IMG/VR virus record: IMGVR_UViG_3300031673_000176
Location: 1 to 40,583 of that record
Length of the DNA: 40,583 nt
Source: a virus
Lineage: Duplodnaviria; Caudoviricetes
Direction: 5' to 3' (one strand)
The position numbers and the translations under genes were made by a program. Shown piece after piece: positions 16,321 to 25,945 of this stretch (the first letter of the stretch is position 1; each line of letters opens with the position of its first letter). The notes below the pieces were generated by a model. It was not told the origin of the DNA. It saw nothing but the letters and a program-made list of their open reading frames with translations, and did no database searches.

Positions 16321-18775
16321 AGAGAGAATCAGGAAAGCTCTCGTTTCGCTATACTCCGGTGAGTCGACAACGGTCGTACAGAAAAAAGCGTCTCTGCCGA
16401 TCGGTACAGTTCGAGACTACAGCGGAGCTCTCTGGGTGAAAGTCGACATGACTCCGGGACAGCACTGGACCAAAGCGTGGAGTAAGCTTGGGAAAACGCC
16501 ATCCGGCTGGAAAAACGGCGACGCTAATCCGTACGACAAGAAAGCGAAAGACATCGTCGCGAAGCTGCCGGGGCAACCTGCCGCGGGGAGCGCGGCGCCG
16601 GAGCCGAGTGCGGAGCCGGCGGAAGCTGAACCGAAGAAGCCGTCGAACGAGCCGCTAAGCAACGATGAACTGGACAATCTGTTTGACGAAAACAAAGACA
16701 AGTTCATGAAAGCTCTCGCGCTGAAAATGAGCAAGAACAATCCGAACGTGACGGCCGGCAATATGTATATGCAGCTTCTCAGCGGTTCATATCCGAAGGA
16801 AGATCTTCTGAAAATGGGGACGAGTGAAAAGCTGTCGGAAGAGGATTTCGGTTCAGTCGCTCAAAACAAGTCTCCGATGGCCATGAGTGAAATCGAAGCT
16901 CAATACCAAAAAAATCCTGAGCCTGTTTTGAAGTTCGTCTCGAATAAGCTATCGAAACAATTTCCCGAATTGAGTTCTGAAGAATGGTTGAAATACCTGA
17001 CTGACCACTATTCCCCAGCTGCTGTATCCGGGAAAGCGATGATGATGGGAATAACTCAAGCTGATATCGACGGAACCGCAACTCAGGAACCGGAACCTCA
17101 AAATCCAGAACCGCCGGCCGCTCCGAACAACGAAAAACAGATAACGATGCCGATGCTCGGGTATTATCTGCAACAGAATCCGGATCAGTTCAAGCAAGCT
17201 CTCGCCGAGAAAATGGCTCAGAACAGCGGAGCAGACGTAGCGGAAATTGCGGATCAGCTGAACAAGTTGTCTCCGACACAGCTCAAAAAAATGGCGTCTC
17301 AATACGGGCTAACGAAGAGCGAGCTGAAAGGAGCGAAAGCGCAATCGAAGCCTGGGCCGGCCGCAGTTCAGCCGACAGAAAGCGAAGTTCCGGACGATAT
17401 CTCCGGATACAAGAAACTTCAAGACCTTGGAGGAAGCACCGGAGCTTTCCTCGTCGAAATGCCGAACGGTCAAAAGCTCGTCGTGAAGCCAGGCGGGTCG
17501 GAAGATCACATTCAGGAAGAAGCGACCGCGAACGATATGTATAGGGCGGCGGGAGTCCTCGTCCCTGACACGAAGGTGGTTAAAGACCCGGCCCTCAAAA
17601 AGAAAGTTCAGGTTTCCGCTTATCTCGAAGGGGCTATCGAAGCGAACAAGCTCGGTCCGAAAGAGAAAGGGGAAATGATGAAGTCTCTGCGCTCGAGTTT
17701 CGCCATGGATGCCCTACTCGCGAACTGGGACGTAACTGGTGCCGATTTTGACAACATCATGGTCAAAGACGGAAAGACCTACAGAATCGACAACGGAGGA
17801 GCGCTTCGGTATAGAGCTCAAGGTTCGGAAAAGGGTTCCGCGTTTGGAGGGAAGGTATCAGAGCTCGAGTCGATGAGAGACCCGAAAAACCTCGCCGGAA
17901 AGACAGTGTTCCACGGGCTGAGCGATTCCGAAGTCGCCGACCAGATTGAATCTTTGCTGAAGAACAAACAGAAGATACTGGACGCTATCGGAAATGCACC
18001 AAACGCCATGACGCTTAAATCGACTCTCGAAGTCAGAATGGACTATATGAAGAACTGGGCGCAAAGCAAAAAATCAGCTTCATCTTCTTCGGCTTCGACT
18101 GCGAATGCGGCACAGGTGAACCATGCATGGGTTCAAGCAAATAAGCAAGTCGACCCAGATAAGTATCCGAAGCCGACTCAGAAGCATAAGAACGCAATTG
18201 CTCTCTACCAGTCGAGCGGATATTCGTCTATCAACAAACACTTGAGAAATTACGAGTACGGTACGGACCCAGCGTTGGATGATCAAATCGATGCTATCGA
18301 CGAATACGTGGAAGCCACGATGGAACAAGATGTCGATGTAGTTCGAAAAGTGAACGATGCGTTGACGAAGAAGATTTTCCAAGGGCTCGGATGGCCTCCG
18401 TTTCAGATACCGAGCTCCAAGGATATTTCGAAGCCTCTGAAAAATGGAATGACGATAAACGACATGCTCGAGAAGTACGCGAAAGGAACTACATTTTTCG
18501 ATCAAGGGTACGCTTCGACGAGCACGAGCCAATCCGGATGGGGCGTCGGAGAAGGAGAAGTAACTCACTTTGGCGGACCGACTGTAATGTTCATAAAAGG
18601 AAAGTCGAAAGGCTTTCACATGAACAAGATTCCGGGGTACAGCTCTTTGCATCATGGAGAGCAAGAGTTTCTTATGCCGAGAGGCACAGGATTTCGAATC
18701 GAAAAAGCTGAAGTCGTGGCTTCCGGCGGAGGCTGCCAGCTGCATTTCTATGTCACGCCGGTGGGGGCAATATGA
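16298..18775 (+). CDS. multidomain effector: helical repeats + atypical kinase-like domain + VIP2/C2-type ADP-ribosyltransferase
   Basis: Kinase-like LGGSTGA..VVK..E..ANDMY..DALLANWDV.G..DNIM..RIDNGG (~17400-18060); ART YQSSGYSSINKHLR..VVR..GYASTS..GEQEFLMPRG..FRI (~18190-18775); GAGGAG RBS. Confidence 0.8.
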   Translation: MITRSQAEERIRKALVSLYSGESTTVVQKKASLPIGTVRDYSGALWVKVDMTPGQHWTKAWSKLGKTPSGWKNGDANPYDKKAKDIVAKLPGQPAAGSAAPEPSAEPAEAEPKKPSNEPLSNDELDNLFDENKDKFMKALALKMSKNNPNVTAGNMYMQLLSGSYPKEDLLKMGTSEKLSEEDFGSVAQNKSPMAMSEIEAQYQKNPEPVLKFVSNKLSKQFPELSSEEWLKYLTDHYSPAAVSGKAMMMGITQADIDGTATQEPEPQNPEPPAAPNNEKQITMPMLGYYLQQNPDQFKQALAEKMAQNSGADVAEIADQLNKLSPTQLKKMASQYGLTKSELKGAKAQSKPGPAAVQPTESEVPDDISGYKKLQDLGGSTGAFLVEMPNGQKLVVKPGGSEDHIQEEATANDMYRAAGVLVPDTKVVKDPALKKKVQVSAYLEGAIEANKLGPKEKGEMMKSLRSSFAMDALLANWDVTGADFDNIMVKDGKTYRIDNGGALRYRAQGSEKGSAFGGKVSELESMRDPKNLAGKTVFHGLSDSEVADQIESLLKNKQKILDAIGNAPNAMTLKSTLEVRMDYMKNWAQSKKSASSSSASTANAAQVNHAWVQANKQVDPDKYPKPTQKHKNAIALYQSSGYSSINKHLRNYEYGTDPALDDQIDAIDEYVEATMEQDVDVVRKVNDALTKKIFQGLGWPPFQIPSSKDISKPLKNGMTINDMLEKYAKGTTFFDQGYASTSTSQSGWGVGEGEVTHFGGPTVMFIKGKSKGFHMNKIPGYSSLHHGEQEFLMPRGTGFRIEKAEVVASGGGCQLHFYVTPVGAI

Positions 18776-19533
18776 GCGACAGATTTGAACTTGTGGATGC
18801 TGAACTGACACACGTCCCGTACAGGAACGTTGCTCAGCTCGTGGGAGAAGAGCCTGCCGACTATTCGGTTGATAAAGCTGAGGACTCGATTTCGAACAGC
18901 GAAAAACGAGCCATCGAAACTGTCAAGAAAGCGCTGAAAAGTCTGCTCGAGAAAGACGCGCTGTCGGATGAAGAGGATATCGCGGCGGTTATCGGAAGCG
19001 ACGAAGAGCAGAACGAGGCGACAGGAGATTCGGGAGTGAAAGACTACATGCAAAAGCGCCGGAAGATATCGGTTGCGATGAAAGCGGCTATCGCGGCAGA
19101 CGACTTGAACGTGAACGCCGGAGAACTCTACGCGGGGACTCTGGAAGAGATGGAGCATACGAACGACTGGCGCGTGGCGATGAAAATCGCTCTTGACCAT
19201 CTGAAGGAACGCCCGGACTATTACGAAAGACTGAAGAGCGCGGGACTCATGAATCAGTCGGAGAACGGACCGGAAAGCATCGTGCTCAGAAAATCAGACG
19301 GTGTCACGAAGGTCAACGTTCGGGAACTGCAGGCGGATTTCGTTTCGGCGGTATCCACTGTGGCGAAAGCCGGAGACCGATGGAAGAACACTGATGGGAC
19401 ATTCAAAAAGGGGTTCGACGGATGCGTGGCATGGGCTATGGCGGACGTTTCAGCAGGCGGAAAAGGAATACCTACCGAAGAGCGCGCGCGTGCGTTGTGC
19501 GCCGTAATTGGCCGGCGAGCGGGGAAGATATGA
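18772..19533 (+). CDS. DUF5661-like protein
   Basis: GTLEEMEHT..AMKIALDHLKERPDYYERL motif; extra C-terminal GFDGCV..ARALCA domain; ATGA-coupled to the effector. Confidence 0.65.
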   Translation: MSDRFELVDAELTHVPYRNVAQLVGEEPADYSVDKAEDSISNSEKRAIETVKKALKSLLEKDALSDEEDIAAVIGSDEEQNEATGDSGVKDYMQKRRKISVAMKAAIAADDLNVNAGELYAGTLEEMEHTNDWRVAMKIALDHLKERPDYYERLKSAGLMNQSENGPESIVLRKSDGVTKVNVRELQADFVSAVSTVAKAGDRWKNTDGTFKKGFDGCVAWAMADVSAGGKGIPTEERARALCAVIGRRAGKI

Positions 19534-19721
19534 CTCCTATGTGGCCTTCGGATTACACGGCGTATTGTCGATGTGGAACCGGTATCAAGGCTCAGTCAGT
19601 GAAGAATCTTGCGTGGTGCCCCAGATGTGGAGAAGTGCTCGCGCTCGCCGAATGGAAAGGGTTCGGGTACGACGTGAACCAGTGGACCGAGGATCGAAGT
19701 GGCAAAAATCCATCTCGATAG
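19530..19721 (+). CDS. small zinc-ribbon protein
   Basis: YCRCG...WCPRCG; ATGA overlap with the upstream gene. Confidence 0.55.
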   Translation: MTPMWPSDYTAYCRCGTGIKAQSVKNLAWCPRCGEVLALAEWKGFGYDVNQWTEDRSGKNPSR

Positions 19722-20568
19722 GCTCAAGAAGAAATATGGATGGACCGGCTCGAAGTACAACGCTCTGGTGAGTAAGATCATCATGGAGCAAGATATCATG
19801 ATCAGCAGGCGAGTCGCAGAACTGCATAAAAACAGGTTGCTCGTCGAAGGAAAGAAAGCCGCGAAGAGAACGGGGTCGAATATCGAAGTGCCGAACGTTA
19901 CCGACGTACTGCCGAAGCGAAGCGTTTTCTTGCGGAAAGCTGCGACGCGCGGCGAACTCATGATGGATGCTCTGAGAGACCGGCTTACTTCCAACCTACG
20001 GAAAGCCGTTACTGAATATCTGGATAAGGGAAAAGAGTCGATGCAGTATCGGCAGGGTGAGCGCCGCGGACGGATAAAACCGGAGCTGGTAGATGATTTC
20101 GAGAAGGTGATCTCTTCAACATTCAGCGATTACGTTCACCGAAAGCCGAATACTCCGTATCCGTCCAACATTCACACGATCGCCGTTACCGAGGTCAACA
20201 GTGCTATCAGTCTGATCAAACATCGGTACACGGAGCGGTTGCTCCAAGTGAACAAGGGCAAGCTGTTCGTGAAGAAAACATGGAGACAGCATCCGGAGCT
20301 TTCAAAAGAACCGCGTCCCGGGCACCGGTCAGTCGACGGGAAGTCTGTTGCGATGAACGAGGCGTTCAGTATTCCCGTATACCAAAGGATTGGAACAATC
20401 AAAAGCGGTCCGAACCGAGGACGGCCACGGTGGAAGAGAACAGGTCAATACGTGCAAATGCAATTCCCTCACGATCCGAATGGCCCTGCAGATGAGGTGA
20501 TCGGATGCCACTGCAATGTTGACTACGTTGTCGTGGCGAAAAAGAAGAAACAGGAGAATCTTGAATGA
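19699..20568 (+). CDS. MuF/SPP1 gp7-like head morphogenesis protein
   Basis: HTIAVTE, KTW, RPGHRSVDG, MQFPHDP.GPADEVIGCHC; GAGGA before GTG. Confidence 0.82.
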   Translation: MAKIHLDRLKKKYGWTGSKYNALVSKIIMEQDIMISRRVAELHKNRLLVEGKKAAKRTGSNIEVPNVTDVLPKRSVFLRKAATRGELMMDALRDRLTSNLRKAVTEYLDKGKESMQYRQGERRGRIKPELVDDFEKVISSTFSDYVHRKPNTPYPSNIHTIAVTEVNSAISLIKHRYTERLLQVNKGKLFVKKTWRQHPELSKEPRPGHRSVDGKSVAMNEAFSIPVYQRIGTIKSGPNRGRPRWKRTGQYVQMQFPHDPNGPADEVIGCHCNVDYVVVAKKKKQENLE

Positions 20569-21563
20569 GCGATACGCAAACGATGGCGAAGCATTTCGGA
20601 GACGCGCATTATGAGACTCGTTCGAAGGTCTGGTTCGACTTTTCGCCGGCCGGGAACGGAATGTATGCCGTCGAGAAAGATGAAGGTGGAATCAAGCGTA
20701 GATATTTGTACGGAACCAGCTCGGGCCCGGACAAAGACGGCCACGGCGAAAACATGACCCTTGAATGCATTCGAGGGTTCCAAGAGCAAGCGCAGCGAGG
20801 CGACGTGCTTCTGTTCGTCGGAAAGCATGATGTGTCGTTCGTCGATGATGTCGGAATATTGACAAACAGCTATATCGACAAGAAAGGAGACTGGTGGACA
20901 GAGTATCGGCTTTACGACAGTCTCGACGGGCTCGGGGAAGGGACCCTCGAAAAAGCGGATAAAGCATGGCGCCAGGTGAACGGGCTACCGCCATACACTA
21001 CACCGAAGCAATACGGATTCTCGATCGAAGGCGACATTCCCGACGGAGGAATAGCCAGAATGGACGCGTACGGGCGCCGATCGATGAACGCTGTCGATTT
21101 GGCCGGAGTCGTGCTCGTCCGAAAGCCAGCATACAGAACGAGCATCGCCTATGCGGTCTCAAAAGCACTGGATTTTCAGGTTCAGAGAGAAGCAGAGGAC
21201 GGAGACAGATTCTACTCATCGTATTACGAGCTTCAGGATAATCTCGATCGATCGCTAAAGAAAGCGATGAACGTTCCTGATGATACGAAGCAGCAGAGGA
21301 TAAACGAAGCTCTTGACGATTTCAAGACTCGGATGATAGAGTTATGCCTACAGAACCCCGGAGTTTTCCGGGACGATGGAGACGAACTCGAGGCACTCGA
21401 TCCCTCCCAGATATACACGATCGGAAACACCGACGCATTGCAGGCACTGCGCGAAAAGGTGGCGATGGTCAGCGACGAACTGAAACGTTACGCCGCACGT
21501 AGAAAAGAGGAGGCACACGATGCCAAAAAGCAACACGATTCGCCGTTCGGGGACCCCCAGTAG
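20565..21563 (+). CDS. prohead maturation protease
   Basis: YGTSSGPDKDGHGE, catalytic-like H (GKHD) and GFSIEG, VVLVRKPAY; upstream of scaffold and capsid. Confidence 0.75.
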   Translation: MSDTQTMAKHFGDAHYETRSKVWFDFSPAGNGMYAVEKDEGGIKRRYLYGTSSGPDKDGHGENMTLECIRGFQEQAQRGDVLLFVGKHDVSFVDDVGILTNSYIDKKGDWWTEYRLYDSLDGLGEGTLEKADKAWRQVNGLPPYTTPKQYGFSIEGDIPDGGIARMDAYGRRSMNAVDLAGVVLVRKPAYRTSIAYAVSKALDFQVQREAEDGDRFYSSYYELQDNLDRSLKKAMNVPDDTKQQRINEALDDFKTRMIELCLQNPGVFRDDGDELEALDPSQIYTIGNTDALQALREKVAMVSDELKRYAARRKEEAHDAKKQHDSPFGDPQ

Positions 21564-22458
21564 ACGAGTTACGAAGGACGAGGCGTCTTCGGAGCTCACT
21601 CAGCTGCTTGAGCAGATAGACGCGATGGGACGAGAGGCGCGTGCTCTCGCCGGCCAGCCGTCGGAACTCAGCAATTCAGCACAGGGTTCAGTCATGCGTG
21701 GAGAACCGGACGACTATCAGGACCCGCGCGACGAAGAGCTGGAACGAGCGGACCAGACCGAAGAAGGAACGCCGCTCGAGCCTGACGAGGACGACATGCT
21801 CGCCGGGCAGATAGCGCCTCCGGGACGAGCCGACGGAGAGGATGAAGAGCCAGTCGAGCCGGGCGATCCGCAGAATCCGATGAAAGCGCTTCGAGCGCTC
21901 AAGAGCCAGATCAGCAGGATTGAACGGGCACTCATCGAAGGCGATCCGGATTCGTCCACCGCAAGCGGGACCGCCGAAGAGCGAACCGAGGACATTCCCG
22001 AGTACGACGAAGAGAACATCGACGAGATCGCGAAAGCGATTGTCAGCCTGGCTGCAAGAAAGCGACAGGTGCGCCGGTCGGCCTCCACCCCGTACCGCGG
22101 AGAGCAAATGGCAGACGAACGCGACATGGCGCTTATCGCCGTTAGCCGTTCGCTGCGCGATGTTCACAAGGCTATCGCCGCAATCAAAAATCCATTGAAT
22201 GACATTCTGGAAGGTCTCGGTGTGACGAAAGCACTCGAAGAGGCGCAGCCTGTTCGACGCAAGACTTCTCCGTCGCTTACCCGGGATCAGGGTCTCGTCG
22301 CAAAGGAACTTCTCAATTCACTCCTTGCAGCCGCAGGCGGGCAGGTCGTTGAAAAAGAGAATACCGATCCGCAGTCCCAGTCAGAAACGGTCAGAAAGAA
22401 TCTCGGTCAGTTCATGGGTCTTTTCAGCAAGCAGGCTGGAGACCTCTGGAACCAGTAA
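21520..22458 (+). CDS. capsid scaffolding protein
   Basis: Very acidic, low-complexity and coiled-coil segments; between protease and MCP; GAGGAGG RBS. Confidence 0.65.
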   Translation: MPKSNTIRRSGTPSRRVTKDEASSELTQLLEQIDAMGREARALAGQPSELSNSAQGSVMRGEPDDYQDPRDEELERADQTEEGTPLEPDEDDMLAGQIAPPGRADGEDEEPVEPGDPQNPMKALRALKSQISRIERALIEGDPDSSTASGTAEERTEDIPEYDEENIDEIAKAIVSLAARKRQVRRSASTPYRGEQMADERDMALIAVSRSLRDVHKAIAAIKNPLNDILEGLGVTKALEEAQPVRRKTSPSLTRDQGLVAKELLNSLLAAAGGQVVEKENTDPQSQSETVRKNLGQFMGLFSKQAGDLWNQ

Positions 22459-22484
22459 TCGAGTGAAAATCGAAATCTAAAGAG

Positions 22485-23981
22485 GTGTCGGACATGGAAT
22501 TGCTCCGAAGATATAACCAGAATCCGCAGTTCGCTAAGAACTTCATTCAGAAGGCTCTTACGGCTGCAAGCGCTTCAGGCGGTCCTCTCACACCGCAGAT
22601 ACTCGAGCGTCTTGTTACCAATACGATCATACTTCTCGCGCCAGAAATCGCGATGATTACGCCGAAGATGGTCGCTGGTAAATACGCCGAGTTCAATCGC
22701 CTGACCGCTCTTCCCGCGGGGCGCCGAACGATGGGAGACGGCGCTACAACTCCGATCAGTCAGTCGGCATACGTTCGCACTGGCAGAAACTTGAAGGTCC
22801 TTCGTGGAAAGGGCGCAGTGACGGTATTTCTGCAGGATGCATCGCGTGATTACATCGACGTTGTCGCTCAGGAGATGGAAAATCATCTCATGGCGCACAT
22901 CCACGATTTCATCACGGAGCTGTACTTCGGGAACGAGAATGTCGATCAGTACCAGTGGACCGGACTCGATTCAATCATCGGTGCGAACGGTTTCGGAAAC
23001 CGCGTGAATCAGGCTCAGGGCGGCGCTGCCGTGACGGGTCTGAAGGTTCTCGATGACATGATCGATTCGAACACTCGTCGGCAAGGTGCGCGACACCGAA
23101 AGGCGTTCGTCATGTCCCCGGAAATGCTGTCGGCGATATCTCGAATCCTCTCGAACGTTCGTCTTGTTCAGAACATGCTCGGCGACGGGCTGAAAGCGAT
23201 CGAGGTAAACGGAGGATGGCGTCTGCAGGCGTATCGTAACATACCGATCATAGAGTCGGCGCGAATGCGGCCGCAGACAACGATGCCGACCGTAACCGCG
23301 ACCGGAGCGAACAGCGGAGGATCAATCGCAAGCGGTACTTACTACTTCCGCGTTTCCTTCATAGACTGGAATGGCGAAAGTCTTGCCAGCGCAGCGGCGA
23401 GCGCGGCCACAACCGGAACCGGCACAATGGCACTCTCGTGGACGAAAGCGAGCGTGCCGAACCTCGGGCCGGTGGCTGCCTACAAGATTTACTGTTCCTC
23501 ATCTGCCGACAGCGGAACTCCGACTGAAAAGCTGGTATGCATCATCCCCGCAGTGCTTTACGACACGAACCAGACACCGCAGGATGACGTCATTCAGGTT
23601 CGGTTCACTACCGATCCGACGGCGATAAACCCGACCATCGATCAGATCAACAGTACCGCACCGGGCGCGACAGCATCCGGCGGAGGGGTTGTCCCGACGA
23701 TCACGCAGAGCGTAGCGAGCTATCAGGCGAACGACGTTCCGCTCGTATCGACGGGCGGCTACCCGATGGAGAACATTCTTCTGTGGGACCTCGACGAAAT
23801 ACAGGGAACCGGTCGGTTCGCATACACTAACACCGACGGAAGCCGGTTCAAGGGGCTTGTGACGCTCGAGCCGTTGGCGAAAACCGACGATAACCTGCCG
23901 TTCATGGTGAAAACATACGGCACGTTGATAGACGCGTTCGAAGGAACCTGCTATATCAACCGTGGCCTGAGAGTCGCATAA
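22485..23981 (+). CDS. major capsid protein with inserted FN3/Ig-like domain
   Basis: IQKALT..GGPLTPQILE N-terminus, LYFGN..QWTGLD, AFVMSP, YRNIPII, LEPLAKTDD; insert GSIASGTYYFRVSF..NGES..LSW..AYKIY. Confidence 0.88.
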   Translation: MSDMELLRRYNQNPQFAKNFIQKALTAASASGGPLTPQILERLVTNTIILLAPEIAMITPKMVAGKYAEFNRLTALPAGRRTMGDGATTPISQSAYVRTGRNLKVLRGKGAVTVFLQDASRDYIDVVAQEMENHLMAHIHDFITELYFGNENVDQYQWTGLDSIIGANGFGNRVNQAQGGAAVTGLKVLDDMIDSNTRRQGARHRKAFVMSPEMLSAISRILSNVRLVQNMLGDGLKAIEVNGGWRLQAYRNIPIIESARMRPQTTMPTVTATGANSGGSIASGTYYFRVSFIDWNGESLASAAASAATTGTGTMALSWTKASVPNLGPVAAYKIYCSSSADSGTPTEKLVCIIPAVLYDTNQTPQDDVIQVRFTTDPTAINPTIDQINSTAPGATASGGGVVPTITQSVASYQANDVPLVSTGGYPMENILLWDLDEIQGTGRFAYTNTDGSRFKGLVTLEPLAKTDDNLPFMVKTYGTLIDAFEGTCYINRGLRVA

Positions 23982-24655
23982 TGGCGGCTAAAGTCAGACC
24001 GAGCGGAAACAAGAAGTCAGAATCAAAGGCGACCGGGGCGAAAGCTCCGGCCGCTTCTGTTCGTAAAAAGAAGCCGGAAATCGTCGTCGAGAAATGGCTT
24101 CTTTCAAGCGCTCCGAAAGGGATTTCGAACGCGGGAATCTTTCACGGCGGATTCAACGAACGAGGGCACGCTAAAACGGTGCAGATTCGAATGATCGACG
24201 GAGTACACACAATGGATACTTCGCTCAGCTTCGAGGATCAGGACGAGCTGAGAATATCGCTCATGCAGAGCGGATTCGTGAGAATCGGAGAGCCGGCAAT
24301 AGAGCCCGAGCCCGTGAAAGCTCCGAGAACAAGAAAGAAAAAGTCAGAGCCTGAAGAGCCTGAGAGGATCGAAGAGTTCGGAGGCGGTCGATCGTTTGAA
24401 AGCAAGCTGATTCCTCTCACTGAAGCTCCAGACGCGACGTATGTATGCAGACATCCAGATTTCGACGGCGGTGGCCCGAACGCGACGACCTACATCACGA
24501 TCGGAAACCGAGAAGTGATGGTCGAACTGAAGAGCGGAGAGGTCGTCACGAGTGACAAACAGCTCCGAGACTATTTAGTCGGAGTATGCGGATATACGCT
24601 TTTCTCGACGCTGCCGAATACCGTCAACAATAAGAGAGAGCGGAAGAGGGCGTAA
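23981..24655 (+). CDS. hypothetical virion/head-associated protein
   Basis: TAATG coupling to MCP; Lys/Pro-rich linkers between two small domains. Confidence 0.6.
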   Translation: MAAKVRPSGNKKSESKATGAKAPAASVRKKKPEIVVEKWLLSSAPKGISNAGIFHGGFNERGHAKTVQIRMIDGVHTMDTSLSFEDQDELRISLMQSGFVRIGEPAIEPEPVKAPRTRKKKSEPEEPERIEEFGGGRSFESKLIPLTEAPDATYVCRHPDFDGGGPNATTYITIGNREVMVELKSGEVVTSDKQLRDYLVGVCGYTLFSTLPNTVNNKRERKRA

Positions 24656-24657
24656 AC

Positions 24658-25512
24658 ATGCAGGGTCAAAGCGGGATGCCGGCACCGTCGGACGTGAGAG
24701 CTCTACTGAGACAGTTCGGCCTCGCTCAAAAGTCATCACTGACAGTGACCGGCAATACGACGAACCTCAGCCCGATCATAACAGGGCTCGACACGACTCA
24801 GTTCGAGCCTTCATTCTACGTTTCCGGAACTGGAATACAGCCTCTTTCCACCATTCAAAGCGTCGACGTCGTCGATCCGACGAACGGCCAGATAACTCTC
24901 GATATGGCGTGCACTGCGACCGGAACGGCGGTTCAGCTCGTGTTTTCCTACTACGCTACCATAACGGATGACTGGATTCAGCAGCGAATGAGCAATTTCA
25001 TTCTGCCGTTTGTCAATGCGAAAACAAGGCAGGCGTTCGACAAAATCGAGACCGTAGAGGAATACTATGACGGAACTGGCTCGAGCGTTCTGGTGCTTCG
25101 GAGGCGGCCGATAGTCAGTCTGGTCAACCTGTCATATACGAATGTCGACTCTACGCTTTACTATCTGACTCCGAGCGCCATACAGGTGATCAACGGAGAG
25201 GGAATACTCAAAGCGAAAGCCAATTTCAATGAGTCGACGTACACTCCTATTTTCTGGAAAGGTCAGAGAAATCTTCGAGTGACTTACCAAGTTGGATACG
25301 CGACGGCTCCACCGGATGTGGCCGAAGCCGTTTTGTATCTTACGGCCGAAGCAGTTCTTGGCCAGATAGCGGACCAGACAGGAGGCGGGTCGCTCACTGT
25401 TCAAGGTTATTCGCGCGACTACGGAAAGCGCGGTCGATACACGAATTATCGCAATCAGCTTGCCAGGTCAGGATACTCTCTTTTGAAGCCCTACATTACC
25501 GGCACGATATAA
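24658..25512 (+). CDS. head-tail adaptor (connector) protein
   Basis: EEYYDGTG..LVLRRRPIVS, LRVTYQVGY..PPDVAEAV; Thr-rich insert near the N-terminus. Confidence 0.75.
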   Translation: MQGQSGMPAPSDVRALLRQFGLAQKSSLTVTGNTTNLSPIITGLDTTQFEPSFYVSGTGIQPLSTIQSVDVVDPTNGQITLDMACTATGTAVQLVFSYYATITDDWIQQRMSNFILPFVNAKTRQAFDKIETVEEYYDGTGSSVLVLRRRPIVSLVNLSYTNVDSTLYYLTPSAIQVINGEGILKAKANFNESTYTPIFWKGQRNLRVTYQVGYATAPPDVAEAVLYLTAEAVLGQIADQTGGGSLTVQGYSRDYGKRGRYTNYRNQLARSGYSLLKPYITGTI

Positions 25513-25522
25513 GGAAAACGAA

Positions 25523-25945
25523 ATGTCTGTATCGCTCGAACTGAGCTCCGCCCTGATCGACGTTCAGAACGTATGCCATGAATACGGAACCATTCTCACT
25601 ATCAACCAGCGCGGGGAAGCGCAGATCGCCCGGGATTCGTATCAGTCGATTGAGGAATACAAGGCGTCGTCGGCGCCTCTGACCATCTATGCGTGGCCAG
25701 TAACTTACGACCCGAGCGAGCGGGAACTGGACCGAGTCGGAATATTCGAGCGATATCAGTGCTTAGCTTACACTCCGATGAAAGACTGGACTGATGCGAA
25801 CATGACGTTCCAAAGCATAGACGCTCTTCGATGGACCGTTGTGCTCGAAGGGGTCGAATGGAAAATCGGAAAGAAGCAGCTCTCCGACAAGTTCGCCGGC
25901 GGAAATCTGTACATCGTTCTCGCGATGATGAAGAAGGGCGCCTGA
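25523..25945 (+). CDS. head closure/stopper-like protein
   Basis: 140-aa beta-rich ORF after the adaptor; AAGGA RBS. Confidence 0.55.
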   Translation: MSVSLELSSALIDVQNVCHEYGTILTINQRGEAQIARDSYQSIEEYKASSAPLTIYAWPVTYDPSERELDRVGIFERYQCLAYTPMKDWTDANMTFQSIDALRWTVVLEGVEWKIGKKQLSDKFAGGNLYIVLAMMKKGA

